Both the position numbers and the translations under genes were made by a program. The notes beneath the pieces were generated by a model, which did not search any database, was not told the DNA's origin, and was given only the letters and a program-made list of their open reading frames with translations. A stretch of 63,065 bases of DNA, filler included, from Bigelowiella natans CCMP2755 (Eukaryota; Protista; Cercozoa): NCBI GenBank assembly GCA_000320545.1. It is 5 parts of 5 records of this genome, joined end to end, with 100 filler letters (N's around TTAATTAATTAA, not from the genome) between each part and the next. Parts side by side here need not be neighbours in the genome. Positions count along the whole stretch, not along the records: positions 1 to 28,296 come from ADNK01000154.1; 4 more parts are not named here. One strand, 5' to 3'. Positions within the stretch are counted from its first letter, which is position 1, and each line of letters opens with the position of its first letter. This document shows, one piece after another, positions 1-12,615 of the stretch.

Positions 1-270
1 GACACATTGACACGACCACGTGCCAAAATTGGCGGAAAAGTCCAATGAGGCAACGCGACACAACATCCCACGTGATGTTGCAACATTGATTCAACGCAAC
101 ATCGCGTAGCGCAGTGCCCAAATCGGCGCAGTAGTTGCCGTGCATCTGGCTAGCTGGTGTGGACGGTCACAACATCATCAGACAAAACCAAAATCACTCA
201 ACATCACTCTCTCTCTCTCTCTCTCTCTCCTTCACTTAGTCTAAATATACACACAGGTATTTATATATAA

Positions 271-314
<44 letters not shown>

Positions 315-738
315 TCTAAGGCTGCATGTATATTCTCCCTTAGTGCTGCTCAGATATGTGTACTGCGATCTACAACAACTGTCTTGTTCCTGGTAAATGA
401 GGAAAAGTATATCATCATCAGCATCATCATCGTCAATAATCATCATCATCGTCATCATCATCATCGTCATCATCATCCTCGCATGAAATCTCGATCAATC
501 CATCGATAGTTGGAGATCAAACACAACGACAATCGTAGAGTTGAGGAGGAGACACTAATGGAGAATAAATCATCATTCTCTGCGACCATTTCTTATCTGA
601 TCGAGGCCAAAAACCATCTCACAGCAGCAAAGCCATCCTTATATCTTTGTTTGTTTTGTCCCCTCCCCCGTACTCGTACTTGTTGTTCTTGACACCTAGT
701 TGGCCATTGCCTGAGAGCCATGTGTAGTGCGATTGGTA

Positions 739-811
<73 letters not shown>

Positions 812-813
812 CT

Positions 814-845
<32 letters not shown>

Positions 846-1458
846 GGGAGAGAACTTCGCAAAACCAATAATTGGAAAGCCGACTGTCAACTATAGTTGT
901 TATTGTTATATTTGATGCTGATGGAAGCTTTAAAATATAACGACGTGTTGTCGCTTTCCTTTCTGTTGCAATATTAATGGTCACGGCTATTCCCCACCCC
1001 GAGGACGCTAATGCAGATAGTAATACTTCCATTCATAACGATTTCACCCTGTACCTCTTCTTGATTATCTCCATAGGCCGCTGCTGTGCTGCGTTTGGGT
1101 AGTACTTCACGATCGTAGCGGACGCATCCAAAAGCGTTTCCCATATCAAATATCCTACCAAATTTGTTCGAATGAATGCAGTTTATAATAGAGTCAGTCG
1201 CTCTGTGTTTTGTGTCTGGCTGTTTTGCCCTACGTCATGCCCGTGGTGGTAGACGGCCTCTGCTGGGCAGCAATGAGCATCAATGCTGTACTGTTATTGT
1301 CGTGTTTGTGATCGGATGATGGTAGGGACTGCCTTGCGACGATGTGGGCAGGAATCTACCAGGGTTGCTGCGTTCCCTGTGAGTGAGAAATCAGCAAGAT
1401 ATAGCACTAAATCCGTGATGATGATGTAGCACGCGTAGTGTTGCGCGTGCTGATAAAT

Positions 1459-1645
1459 CCCCACTTTCATTGTATGGCATCATTTATTGGACTCTGATGG
1501 TATTTCCCTGCTCTTGATGACCTCTCTTCAGTCGGTCAATGCCTGCAAGCCATCGGATCTTGCTTTTACAACTACTTTCTCTCTCCGAGTAAAATTGCTT
1601 GTGTTTGCTTGTGTGTGTGAGTGAGTGTGTGTGTGTGTGTGTGTG

Positions 1646-1689
<44 letters not shown>

Positions 1690-2010
1690 GCTGTGACTAT
1701 TATAATGACCATGATGATCCATGATGGTGTGGTATGTATAACTTATGCGTATTGATACCTCCCCACTTTCATTGTATGGCATCATTTATTGGACTCTGAT
1801 GGTATTTCCCTGCTCTTGATGACCTCTCTTCAGTCGGGCAATGCCTGCAAGCCATAGGATCTTGCTTTTACAACTACTTTCTCTCTCCGAGTAAAATTGC
1901 TTGTGTTTGCTTGTTTGTGTGTGTGTGTGTGTGTGATACCACGTGTATTCATTTTCAAGGACCTGACGATTATAATGCCCGTGGTGATAAATGATGACTA
2001 TGATGGATGG
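1459..2010. repeat. Tandem direct duplication, period about 302 bp
   Basis: CCCCACTTTCATTGTATGGCATCATTTATTGGACTCTG...CCGAGTAAAATTGCTTGTGTTTGCTTG occurs at about 1459-1612 and about 1761-1913 with only a few substitutions; each copy is followed by (TG)n and an ATTATAATG.C..TG.TGAT tail. Confidence 0.9.
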
Positions 2011-2272
2011 TGGTGGTGATGATGATGATGATGCCAATCAGCTAGACAGAGACATCGATCGGTTTTGCTCAATCAGTTGGTCCTCGCTCTCTAACCCTCT
2101 GCATCACATCAGTTGGCAGATGTTTGGCTGCAATTGGCTCTGCAATATGGGCGGGGTTAGGTACTATCTGCCTGATGTTTCATTAACGGATTGTGAGGCG
2201 GCGGTTGGAGAGTAATAAAGGGAAAGAGACAACGACTCAAACACTTACGCATGCACACACACATAAAACACA

Positions 2273-2320
<48 letters not shown>

Positions 2321-3006
2321 ATATATTATATACATCGAAATATTTATATAATATTGTTGGGTATTCTAACTTTGATCAACACCACAGCTGCTTGTGGGAA
2401 TGCATTTGCAGCCTGTATGGCAGCAATCGGTACAGTACCAACAACAACAGAAACTACCACTACCACTACCACTACACTAATACTACTACTGCTGCTGCAA
2501 CAACTGCCAATTCGAAAAGGGGGGGAGGTGGAAAGAGGAGAGGCGCTAGAACAGAGTAGTCCAGAAAGAAAACAACACAGGATATTATTCCTTGATGAAA
2601 AGCCCATATTGATGATCTGCTAATGCTGCTGCTTTTCGGAAGGTTCATGCCTTGGTGCTATAGGGTCAGCGATTTACAATGGCATACTAGCACCCAGTAA
2701 GCAGCCACCACTTCGCCACTGGCTTTTGAACAATGCATTTTAGCCTTGTCCACCCACACATCTGCTCACCGTTTTCGGGTCACAAATCATCATCCATAGA
2801 TGTTGATAGCACCGCTACGATTTCTTATCTTATGATTTCGCTTATTTTTTAACGTATTTTACCATATTTCTTGGTGTTAGATGTGTATTCGGTGTCGATG
2901 TTTGTTGTCGTTATTCAACCGTTTTGGCTCTCATTTCCTTGTTTGCACAGTCGGTCGGGCTATTGCTGCCGTTGGAAGAGGAATCGGCCGAATGTGCTAG
3001 TTAGAC

Positions 3007-3055
<49 letters not shown>

Positions 3056-3226
3056 TAATAAGCCTTGCGCGGGCCACTCGAAAGCTAATATAGCACATAT
3101 GTCGCATTTGATATGAATTATATGTGAGTCCTTCGTGGCCTCCCTGGGATGTATCGTAGACTAGAGAAAATCATTACATAATAGAAAACACACTACATAT
3201 TACACATAGGCATGTAAATGAGTTTA

Positions 3227-3293
3227 TAAGACGGATGTAATGAAGTGATTAAATCTTTTCAATGGTCATCCTGATGTAGCTATGCAAAGCAGC
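3227..3293 (+). repeat. Dispersed repeat family core, copy 1 (TAAGACGGATGTAAT...TTCAATGGTCATCCTnATGTAGCTRTGCAA)
   Basis: Aligns by eye with 5244-5310 (-), 12127-12193 (+) and more loosely 21765-21850 (+), 62415-62495 (+). Confidence 0.85.
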
Positions 3294-4143
3294 ATGTATG
3301 AATTTGTGGCGCAGTAATGAGGATCTCGTACGTTGCAAAGCATAATTTCTCTGATCTAAGTTCAAGACATACACGTAGTGCATGCACGATGCAACCACGC
3401 TGGCATTCGTATCGATAGTATGTATGTGCTATGTGCTGTGTGACAGCCTGTGTACATGCACACATGTAGCTGCAGCTATGTACATGTGCATGTGCTATTT
3501 TCAGCAGCTAGGTTAGATGAGATAAATATCGACGCTCGCCATGTGTTACTCCATGCATTTATGAAGGCTTCCATGATTTCCACTAAGTTCTAAAGCTTCT
3601 TCGGGAAGTCCTCCTCAATTGGTCCTCCTTCCCAAATTTTGAGCACTCGAACGAGGTCACAAATGAGAAGAACGAAGTTTAAAGAGGGAGATAAGGGAGC
3701 TCCTCACCCTTTACATCATTTACATGCAAACATGGCTCCTCAAGTTCCCCCACATGAAGGTCACTCTGCTTTCCCTTCCTGCCTGAACCTGCCTGCCTGT
3801 AGAGGTTGGCTGTAACGTGGGAACTGTGGCATCATTCCGACGGCTAGCTCCAAAAGGCGATTTGGGGTCGAAAGACAATGAAAACATGCCAGAGATGGCC
3901 TTTTTATGTGGAAAGTCTCCCGTGAATCTCCGACTTCGGAACCCAATTCAGCCTATTCGGAGTCCAGAAATCATCCCTACCTGTCGTCCCTCTGCTGTTG
4001 TGTGGTATGAGGAGGTTTGTAGTAGGGGTCCGAGCGGCATGGAGACCGATCTTCCGACAAGGTGAGGAATGGAATGCGTAACCACCTTTTGTGAGTAATC
4101 ATGACTTCTCTTTCTTATGGTGATGTATTGAAATTGGGATGCA

Positions 4144-4688
4144 ATGGTAATCTCACTCACACACGCATCGACACTACCTGCGGTAGGTGGTGTGCGCAAA
4201 GGAACCAGAAGCCTCTCTCTCCTAGCGAGGACACCGTTCTTGTTGAGTTCTAGACGTTCTGCTGGATCAAGATCCTTTTGCGAGGAAGGTCGGAGTCTTT
4301 TGTCCATACGTAGTTATGATTCGATTTAAAACCAATTGCATGTGATGATAATATTTTCGCAGCAACTTGGGTTGTTCCTGAGGTAGAGGATCTTCTGAAA
4401 GAGGTGAAAATGGAACAATACGCAGATAAATTCTCTTCTCTTCAAGAATTCATCGACGTTTCCTCCTTTGAGCTCAAGACCAAGAAAGATATAGATACTA
4501 TCAAGCACAGAAAGCTAATTCTACGTCAGTCTGAAATCGCACGCCAGCTCCACAAACTGGGAGTGATAAATGAGACACCACGTCCAGAACCGGAGAAGGA
4601 AGAAGAGGAGGATCAAACAGAAGCAGTAGAGGATGGGGGTGATGCAGATGATTCTATGCCTGCAAAGGGGGAGGAGGACAAAATATAA
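4144..4688 (+). CDS. SAM/IGR-domain protein with basic Ser/Arg-rich N-terminal presequence; resembles mitoribosomal mS41 (Fyv4-like)
   Basis: Exon 1 4144-4288, GT-AG intron 4289-4362, exon 2 4363-4688 join in frame to give ...WVVPEVEDLLKEVKMEQYADKFSSLQEFIDVSSFELKTKKDIDTIKHRKLILR, a SAM-fold pattern, followed by an acidic tail. Confidence 0.65.
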
Positions 4689-5243
4689 TGATGTTACTCT
4701 TCACCAATTATGTGTGTCTATGGACAATTTACCGAGCTACCGAGTGGTCCTCATTTCAACCGATATCATTGAGATCTATGTAGTTACATCTCCTACATAT
4801 CTTATGCGTTCCACTGGTTTCTTGCATTCAATTAAGCATGCATTTGCATCTTGCGAAACGCACTCATACACGGCACACACATGTGCGCGCAGTGCTGATT
4901 TGAATGCTAGAATGGCCTCATGCTACTGTGACGTTGATCCTTAAAAGGTGGCGTACATCTGCAATACATGTCCTTTTTGTGTAAATTTTCCTCATGACAA
5001 TTTTAGACATGTGTGCGCGTTCATATGTGATGAGTTAGTGAGTCTACACAGAGACTCAGAATCAACAAAAACTGAAGGCCATCATGGAATTGCAACGATG
5101 AAACTACGCGTATCTCAAACGCAGGAAAATTAGCTCGTGCAGCTGCGCGCAAAGCACGACATGCTAGACCAAATCTCAATGCATTTTCATGCATGCAACA
5201 TGTGACCAAGGAAACAAACAGATACAATTTGAGCGCTGTAGCC

Positions 5244-5310
5244 GCTACATTGCACAGCTACATTAGGATGACCATTGAAAAAATTTAAATCTTTCATTAC
5301 ACCCGTCTCA
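5244..5310 (-). repeat. Dispersed repeat family core, copy 2
   Basis: Reverse complement reads TGAGACGGGTGTAATGAAAGATTTAAATTTTTTCAATGGTCATCCTAATGTAGCTGTGCAATGTAGC. Confidence 0.85.
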
Positions 5311-5430
5311 CACGTAGCTGCTAGATGACACACGCACATACAGCTAAGCTCCACAAATCCACACCTCTAGCTAGGCCTGCTAAACATCCAGACTTGGCAG
5401 TGGCTGAGGCGCTTCGGCCTCACCTTGTTA

Positions 5431-7077
5431 TTACATGTCCACACCACTCTGTTGACCGTGCGAGGAGTATTCACCATACCATTTCTCTGAGCTCCAATTA
5501 AGCGATGCTGGTTTCATTTTTTCCACTCTCAAAGTTAGATTTCCTGCTTGATTTAGCTGATCAACTAGCTTCTTTGCTTCGTTGATTTGTTGACGACATA
5601 GCTCCCTCACATAATTTTTTACATGTTGCTTGAAGGGTTCACCAGAGAATTTTAGTGGCTTGGAGTAATTAGAGTTTGTAATGTTACCAGACTGCTGCTT
5701 TGAACAAAATTTGACAAACAGGTCATCTATGATATCGGACATTTTCTTCACTGTGAAGTATCTTTCGATAGTTGGAAGATCAACCCCGTTTGCGTCGATT
5801 GAGTTACAGACTCTTTCATAGCTGTTAATAATAGCTCGTTCGGTAAGTGGAACTTGTGGTTGAAAAACGCTATCCCAGCTCTCTCCCTCTCCAAAGAAAA
5901 TAAAAGCTTCGAATTTTCTGTGGGCCAATGCACGTATATTGTGATGAATGATTTCCCCGACATTGCTCTTTGAATATTGGCCGTACTCGGTCGAATCATA
6001 GTTGGAATCTTTGCTATCGTAGTCCTCTTTTAGAATCTGTGTTGCCTTGTCTGACAATGTAATGTCTCTGCAAATCAGTTTGTTTCCTTTAATGCTACTG
6101 TAAGGGATAGTGAGAAGGGGTAAGTCCAGAACTTCGCAAAGGTTAAACTTTAAATTCCTTTTACGAAGCAGGGAAATGTTGAGATTTGGAAGAATCAGGT
6201 CAAATCCCTTGGTAAAGCATTTCACTACTCTCTCCGGTCGATTTTGAATGGATACCTCACTCGCATAATTTTCTATAGAAAATTTTGCACGTTCAGACAT
6301 CATAATTTCTCCATCGAAATATGCAATGGATGTATAGTCTTCGCAATTACAGAACAGATCGCTAATGTTGTCTTTTACTACGACTTGAATGGGAAAATAT
6401 ATTGAGGGATGGCGAATCTCATATAGTGAACGATGGCGAGTGACCAGGATCTTTTCCTGGTCGAGGTCATGATTTCTAATCTTTCTCTTTTCCTCGCTAA
6501 GTGCATCACCTTCTGGTTGCTGCTCGCATAACCTTTCGAGATCTTCAATCAACTTTCTGACACGAAGGGCTAACATCTTTCCGCGTAATTCCGGATCCTT
6601 TTCGGAGCACAGATAACACATGTCTATGTCCTTGGGACATCGAGACAGTAAAATATCTACAATGCTCCCCCCAAAGATTGCAATATCAGATAGATCAAGA
6701 TTCTCCAATATATACGCAGCATGCTCGGATTTTTCCTTTTCATGGGGTACTTTTCGCGAACACTTCTTGGCGAAATTTTCCCAAAAGGTTGAAGATTTCA
6801 CCCATTTCTTCCGGTTTGTGAATCTGCCCCTCTTCACAATCGTAGGGCGATCATAAGCGAATACTCTAAATGGCGATAAGTCTTTCAAACCATAGATTTT
6901 TTCATCTCGTAAGCTTCGGAATGTCTTGGTGGGGCAAAGATGCAATGTCATGAATATTGCGCAGGTAAATCCTATCAATGTAGGCAGCCCAGTTTTCTCC
7001 ATTGGTCCTCGCATTGGTGAGAAGCAGAATGAAACGGAACTCTTATGTGGAAACTTCTCCTCCTTTCTCTTCCGCAC
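5431..7077 (-). CDS. Intronless Pol-beta-superfamily nucleotidyltransferase-domain protein (probable start nearer 6951)
   Basis: 548-codon ORF with LDLSDIAIFGGSIVDILLSRCPKDIDM (GG[S]...DxD catalytic motif), followed by IQVV, AYFDG and ERVVKCFTKGFDLILPNL. Confidence 0.75.
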   Translation of the reverse strand: MRKRKEEKFPHKSSVSFCFSPMRGPMEKTGLPTLIGFTCAIFMTLHLCPTKTFRSLRDEKIYGLKDLSPFRVFAYDRPTIVKRGRFTNRKKWVKSSTFWENFAKKCSRKVPHEKEKSEHAAYILENLDLSDIAIFGGSIVDILLSRCPKDIDMCYLCSEKDPELRGKMLALRVRKLIEDLERLCEQQPEGDALSEEKRKIRNHDLDQEKILVTRHRSLYEIRHPSIYFPIQVVVKDNISDLFCNCEDYTSIAYFDGEIMMSERAKFSIENYASEVSIQNRPERVVKCFTKGFDLILPNLNISLLRKRNLKFNLCEVLDLPLLTIPYSSIKGNKLICRDITLSDKATQILKEDYDSKDSNYDSTEYGQYSKSNVGEIIHHNIRALAHRKFEAFIFFGEGESWDSVFQPQVPLTERAIINSYERVCNSIDANGVDLPTIERYFTVKKMSDIIDDLFVKFCSKQQSGNITNSNYSKPLKFSGEPFKQHVKNYVRELCRQQINEAKKLVDQLNQAGNLTLRVEKMKPASLNWSSEKWYGEYSSHGQQSGVDM

Positions 7078-7383
7078 TTCTCGGTGGGTGGTTCCGAAAG
7101 AAGAAATGTAGTGTTTTCAACTCCTACGACAATACATTTTTGATGTTTCATTTCATGCTTGCTCATGGTTTGCCGCGTGTGAGACGCTCGCAAAATCCAA
7201 ATTGTGCTGAGACTCCAATTTTTGCTTTAAGGGGATCAGTTTCCATGAATTTCCTCTGTTCTCATCGTCATTTTAAGGGACATTTTGCCACTTCCTACTG
7301 TTGGGCTTGGAAATTTTTAGGTGCGACCAAAATTACAGGTGAAATGCCAACTACAATGCAAAGAACAGTTGTCGCAGGTCAAA

Positions 7384-9152
7384 ATGGCGGTATTGTCCCT
7401 TCCTTCGGAAGGTGGGAGAGAGATCCGAACGGCCACCTCCCCACAGCAAGGATTTCATCGTCAAATGAAGTTCTTCCGGATCGGTCCAAAGAGGTGGTTG
7501 ACCACCAGCATCCCGAAAGAGCTCAGGATAGTCGAGGGGCTATTCAGAAAATCGCCGGGTGTGCGGCAGCGATCATCCTCCACCAGCATCCTCACGGCAG
7601 CTGTGGCGGCGACAGGGGCGAGCTTGATCATCGGATCTCGGTACTACAGCAGCTACTTAGGGCGGAAACCGTCATTGGCCAAAGATTCCGAGATCGAAGT
7701 ATGGGCAAATAATGAAGAAAAGAAGAGGTTGCCAAGCGTCGTCGATGCGGCCCTCCCAGCGTGCGTTACTATACATGTCGCAAGCCACGATCCGGAGGAA
7801 GTGTTTTCTCAGCAGGACTCTTCCTCGCCCGTGTCTTCTTGCCCCTCCTCACCCTATCCTCCAAGGAAGGCATCCATGGGTCGAGGCTCGGGATTCTTGG
7901 TCACAGAGCACGGAGAGCTGCTTACCAACGCTCATGTGATATTTCCCGAAGGAAGAAAGAAAAATGGCGACGACAACCCTGATCCGTTGGTTGTTGTTAC
8001 CTTACATGATGGCCGCTTCTTTCCCGCATCGATTTTGGCTTGCGATACCTCTATGGATTTGGCGTTGCTCAGGCTCCAATGCGGCGGTATGGATTCAGCA
8101 GCTTCGGTCACTGGTAAGGAATCTTCAGGTCATGGCTCGGCGGTAGCTACTTCGGGAGTTGTTCGATTTCCATGTTTGAAGCTCGCTCCTTCTCTGCAAA
8201 TCCGTTCGGTAGAGAACTAATCACCACACCCCAAACTTAGATTAAATAAGAATTATAAGAAGAAGAAGATGATGATGATCATGATGATCATGATGATGAT
8301 AAATGGAACAGTAGGAGGGGTCCCAAAAAGACTTAACTTGTGACGTCACAATTCACTTTCTAATGAACGTAATTCACTCAACAGCAAGAACTATAAATCA
8401 GGGGGAAACGGTCATTTCAGTCGCCAGCGCACTATTTGAGTCAACCGTGAAGATGGTAGTAATTTCGGCGAAAGTTATATTTGTGAGTCACCATTGAAGA
8501 GGTTCAACGGCTGCTTACTTACATCATGTTTTCCATCATCATACACATCCTGCTAGGGTATCATTTCCGGGTTCGCCTTCCTACCGAGGTAACTCCTCCC
8601 CTCCCTCCATCCTTCGTTACTAGAGACAACCCAAAGAAATAGCGGGACGAATTTTCTCGAATGAGCATGTGTGGGGGAATCACCACGAAAACAAAACCGT
8701 GGCGACGTACGAGCTGAGGAAGTGCGGAAAGAGAGAGAGAGGAAGCAAAGCTGGCTTTTTGTTTGAGAAGGTACTGAGCTTTTCTTCTTCTTTATTACCA
8801 CTAGTAACACTGCTTTCGGCGGTGGACTGAATCGTCAAGAGACGACGTTGAAGGATATACAACTCATAGAGGTGGTTAACGAGTAGTGGCAGCAGCAGCC
8901 TTAACCAGTGAAAGTAGTAGCCACATAGAGCGTCGTCCCATGCGTTCGATCACTAGTAATTGTGCCATCGCCACCCGACGGATTACAACAATTTTATCGT
9001 GCACAGAGTGATATACTAACGGAGCCTGGCAATTCTGGTGGCCCTTTGGTAGCCTAATTTGTCTGCCATTTCTCCATCGCCCCTTCCCTACATCTTCTCC
9101 TTTTCTTGGTGGCCACACAGGATATGTTGGCGTGCCAAGTGACATTGGAATT

Positions 9153-9201
<49 letters not shown>

Positions 9202-9631
9202 AGGGAGGAAGGGAGAGGGAGAGGGAGAGAGAGGAAGGGAGGGAGAGAGAAAATCGTTTGAAGTTATTCCTCTCTGATACTGCTACACATGTGTTTGCAG
9301 CTAAATGCATTTGGAAATGTGATCGGAATGTCGACCCTCGTTCTGGATTCCGAAAAGGTAATAATAACGGGGTATGCAACCTGTACACCATCACCGTGAT
9401 GGGTAGTAGCCTTCATCAGCATATGAACAATGACAAGCATGATCATGATCATCATCATCACAACAGAGCTCCCGTAAGGGTTCCCGAGCACGAACTCAGT
9501 TAAAGAAATCTCTCGCTCTGCCCAGCGATATGGTAAATATGATGATGATGATGATGATGAACATCCAAAACATGCACACTGATGTAGATCTTGGCCTAAA
9601 ATACACGCAAACACACAGCATATAGACCCTC

Positions 9632-9692
<61 letters not shown>

Positions 9693-10142
9693 AACACACA
9701 CGCACACACACACACAGCATAAACATGAAGACATATTATAGAGGGTAGCAGAGAGTTGAAGGGGGGAGATCCTGTCGCCAAAATCGTAGGGAGTGAAAAT
9801 CGTCCACTCTTCCATTCCTGAGTAGAAGTGCCGTTAAAATCAGATTCATGCCACACTTTATCGGTGGAGAGACCTCTTCATCGAGCAGGCCAAGCACACA
9901 TCTGCTGATGATTCTAACCCTGCCGCTCCTCTGGTAGTTCCTACTGAGGGCGTTGTGCCGCTGCTGTTGTAGTAGCTGGCTGCTCTCCTTATATCGCTGC
10001 TAGTAATGACAAAAGAGTAGTAGTTTGAGACGTAGATATTTGTGACCTGATCGGAGCAGGCATTTCTATCTTCAGACGATTAGCAACCTCTACTACGTGC
10101 TGGTCTTCGTCAGTGTTCTCCCTCCCTTTTGTTACAATCGAG

Positions 10143-10184
<42 letters not shown>

Positions 10185-10479
10185 ATCTATCTCCTCCCCC
10201 CCCCCCAATCTGAACACCGATCACCACCATAATATCATCCCTTCCTTCAACTCATTGAAGGATGATGCGTCGTTCCCATTATCATCGACGTCTACGTCGC
10301 TATCATCGTCGAGGGGGGACCATAAGAACAAGGCCACCGAGAAGAAGAAGATGAAAAGGAAGAAGAAGAAGAAAAAGCCTCTGGGAATGAAAGTTATAAG
10401 TCTCAACTCTACCTTGTTGAAGAAGGTCTATTCTGTCGGTCTGCTGTGTGAGTGACTTGCGTCGTTGATATTCGATGAA

Positions 10480-10523
<44 letters not shown>

Positions 10524-11834
10524 GTTATTATCTGAAAGCAGCAAACAGGCGAATCACGAAAGATGATTATTTCTAATTAGAATTCTTGAATGTTTCAAAC
10601 CCTGCCAACAGCACTCAGTGATAACGATGATGATGATGATGATGATGACGATGATGACGATGATGATGATGATAGTGTGATGAAAAGGGGCACGTCGTTC
10701 GCTTCCATATTTGAAGTTGCTCTCTTTTATGATTTTCTTATCATGAATAATCATTTGTTCAAACCTTATATATTATCTGCTACCACTCAGGAGATGGAAT
10801 TAGATCCGCATTTCCCAAACGTTAGGTTCAACAATGCCCCCCCTCCCTCCCAAACACACCCTATCGATATACACACGAAAAACGAGCTGTTCTTTGTTTT
10901 TTACATCTCTGTACTCTCACACTAAAAGAGATATAAAGAGTGTATGTGTGTGTGTGTGTGTGTGTCTGTTTATCATCGTCTATGCAGCTAATCTTTCTGA
11001 TATTATCAAAGGCGTGGCGTGCTTGTAACGGAGGTATCAAAGCCATCTTTGGCGGCCGACGTTGATATACGCTCCGGTGATGTCATTACTCTCGTCAACG
11101 AAAGACAGATTTCAAGGTTGTCAAGATGGGGATATTATCACGACAACGATGATGATGATGATGATGATGACGACGATAGTAGTTCCGAGCAATAGCTCAT
11201 GATGGTTCGTCGTTTCGTGTTGCCACTTGTGCTGCAATCAATCGTCGTCATCACCCAGAAACAATTGAACATGCAGTTCTACACCATCGATGTTTCATCA
11301 TCGCGCCCTTTTCAAAAGACCTTTCCATCTCTCCTCTACCACCCCAACTCCTCCACGCACACACTTCGAAACATGCACACAAATGCGGAACGTGATGTAG
11401 TCTTCTCCCAATGCTCATACAGGGCATCCCAGCTGGAGCAGATGATGCGCGCGCGCGCTCAGTGGAACAACGAAAATGAAGAGGCGAGTGCTTGGACGGC
11501 AGCACCACCGCGGCATTCTGCGAGCTCGAATCCAGATTGCCCGTCGTCGGAGAATATTCTCCGATTTGGTATCGTCAGGAAGCAGGTACATGATCTTATG
11601 AGCTTATCTCGTGTTGACAACAAAACGTGTCATTCCAAGCATTTTTTGCTGCCATGCGTCTATTTCGTGCAACGTCCGCTCCGTTCTTCTCTGCATTGAT
11701 GAATATTGGTCCGATTCAATTCGGAGCCATCCCTTCTCATTTTAGCATCTGTATTTGGCGCGTTTTTGTCATTCCCGTAGACGAAAGGTGTGAAGGCAGC
11801 TACGATGCATTACGTTGAGATCGGCCCACAATAA
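7384..11834 (+). CDS. HtrA/DegP-family serine protease with PDZ domain (multi-exon)
   Basis: GSGFLV..LLTNAHV (His) and DLALLRL (Asp) in exon 1; exon 9007-9048 encodes SDILTEPGNSGGPL (Ser); further exons give GETVISV, GIISG, LNAFGNVIGM and PDZ GVLVTEV...IRSGDVITLVN; likely last exon ends GPQ-stop at 11834. Confidence 0.9.
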
Positions 11835-12126
11835 GTAGTTGGCAAGAGTGAAGAGAGCTATTTACTTAGTCTGACGAAAGTTGCCTCCGCCGAACCACAA
11901 GTTTGCCTTGAGAATCAGAGGTGAGCATCCTGGCGCACAGCATTGCTCCTACCATGTCGTCGTACGTAACAACATTACGCTTTACATGATTAATGACATT
12001 AGCGTACTTGGTACTACATTCCAGCGTTCGTATAACATGCAAATGGAGCGTGTTTTTATTCAGTTTAAGGTTGTCATGTTATTAGAGAAAATCGTGATGA
12101 ATCATAAGTAGAATCCACTGACGATG

Positions 12127-12193
12127 TAAGACGGATGTAATTAATCAATTAAATTTGTTCAATGGCCATCCTTATGTAGCTGTGCAATGCAGC
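12127..12193 (+). repeat. Dispersed repeat family core, copy 3
   Basis: TAAGACGGATGTAATTAATCAATTAAATTTGTTCAATGGCCATCCTTATGTAGCTGTGCAATGCAGC. Confidence 0.85.
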
Positions 12194-12615
12194 TGACGAT
12201 GCATGTAAATACAGAGTTCATGCACATCTGTCGTTTATGCCTTTTCTTACTTGCTCGATCGAAGTGCAAGCCACGCGTATGTGCGTATGTGTCTAGATGT
12301 TTGATCATGTGCGGAATAAGCTGCTCTAGGTACGACGACCTCTGCGCGTGCTAATTTCCATGCGCATTCATGTGATGAGCTTGCATGGTTCATTTGCGAG
12401 CTCTAGCTGTGATTTCTCGTTATGTATCCTTGTGTAACATGGCTCTCAGAACTTGAGCGCATGGTTCCTAGCCAGCTATGTGCTTAGCAGCTACCCGTGC
12501 GTTGGGTAGCTTATTTGCAGGGACACACTCACAAAAAGAGAGCTCTGCCTTGTGGCTAACAATGCTGGGCGCTGCTGCGCAACACATCTTCATGCTGTTA
12601 CGTGCGCCCTTGCTA

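Noticed and set aside
3585-4040. Possible small minus-strand spliced gene ending VLKIWEGGPIEEDFPKKL
   Set aside because: Exon-like texture but no consistent full model or recognisable domain; not listed as a feature.
3227-5310. Copies 1 and 2 of the dispersed repeat as TIRs of one 2.1-kb DNA transposon
   Set aside because: The interval holds an ordinary spliced nuclear gene and no transposase, no target-site duplication is evident, and unpaired copies exist elsewhere.
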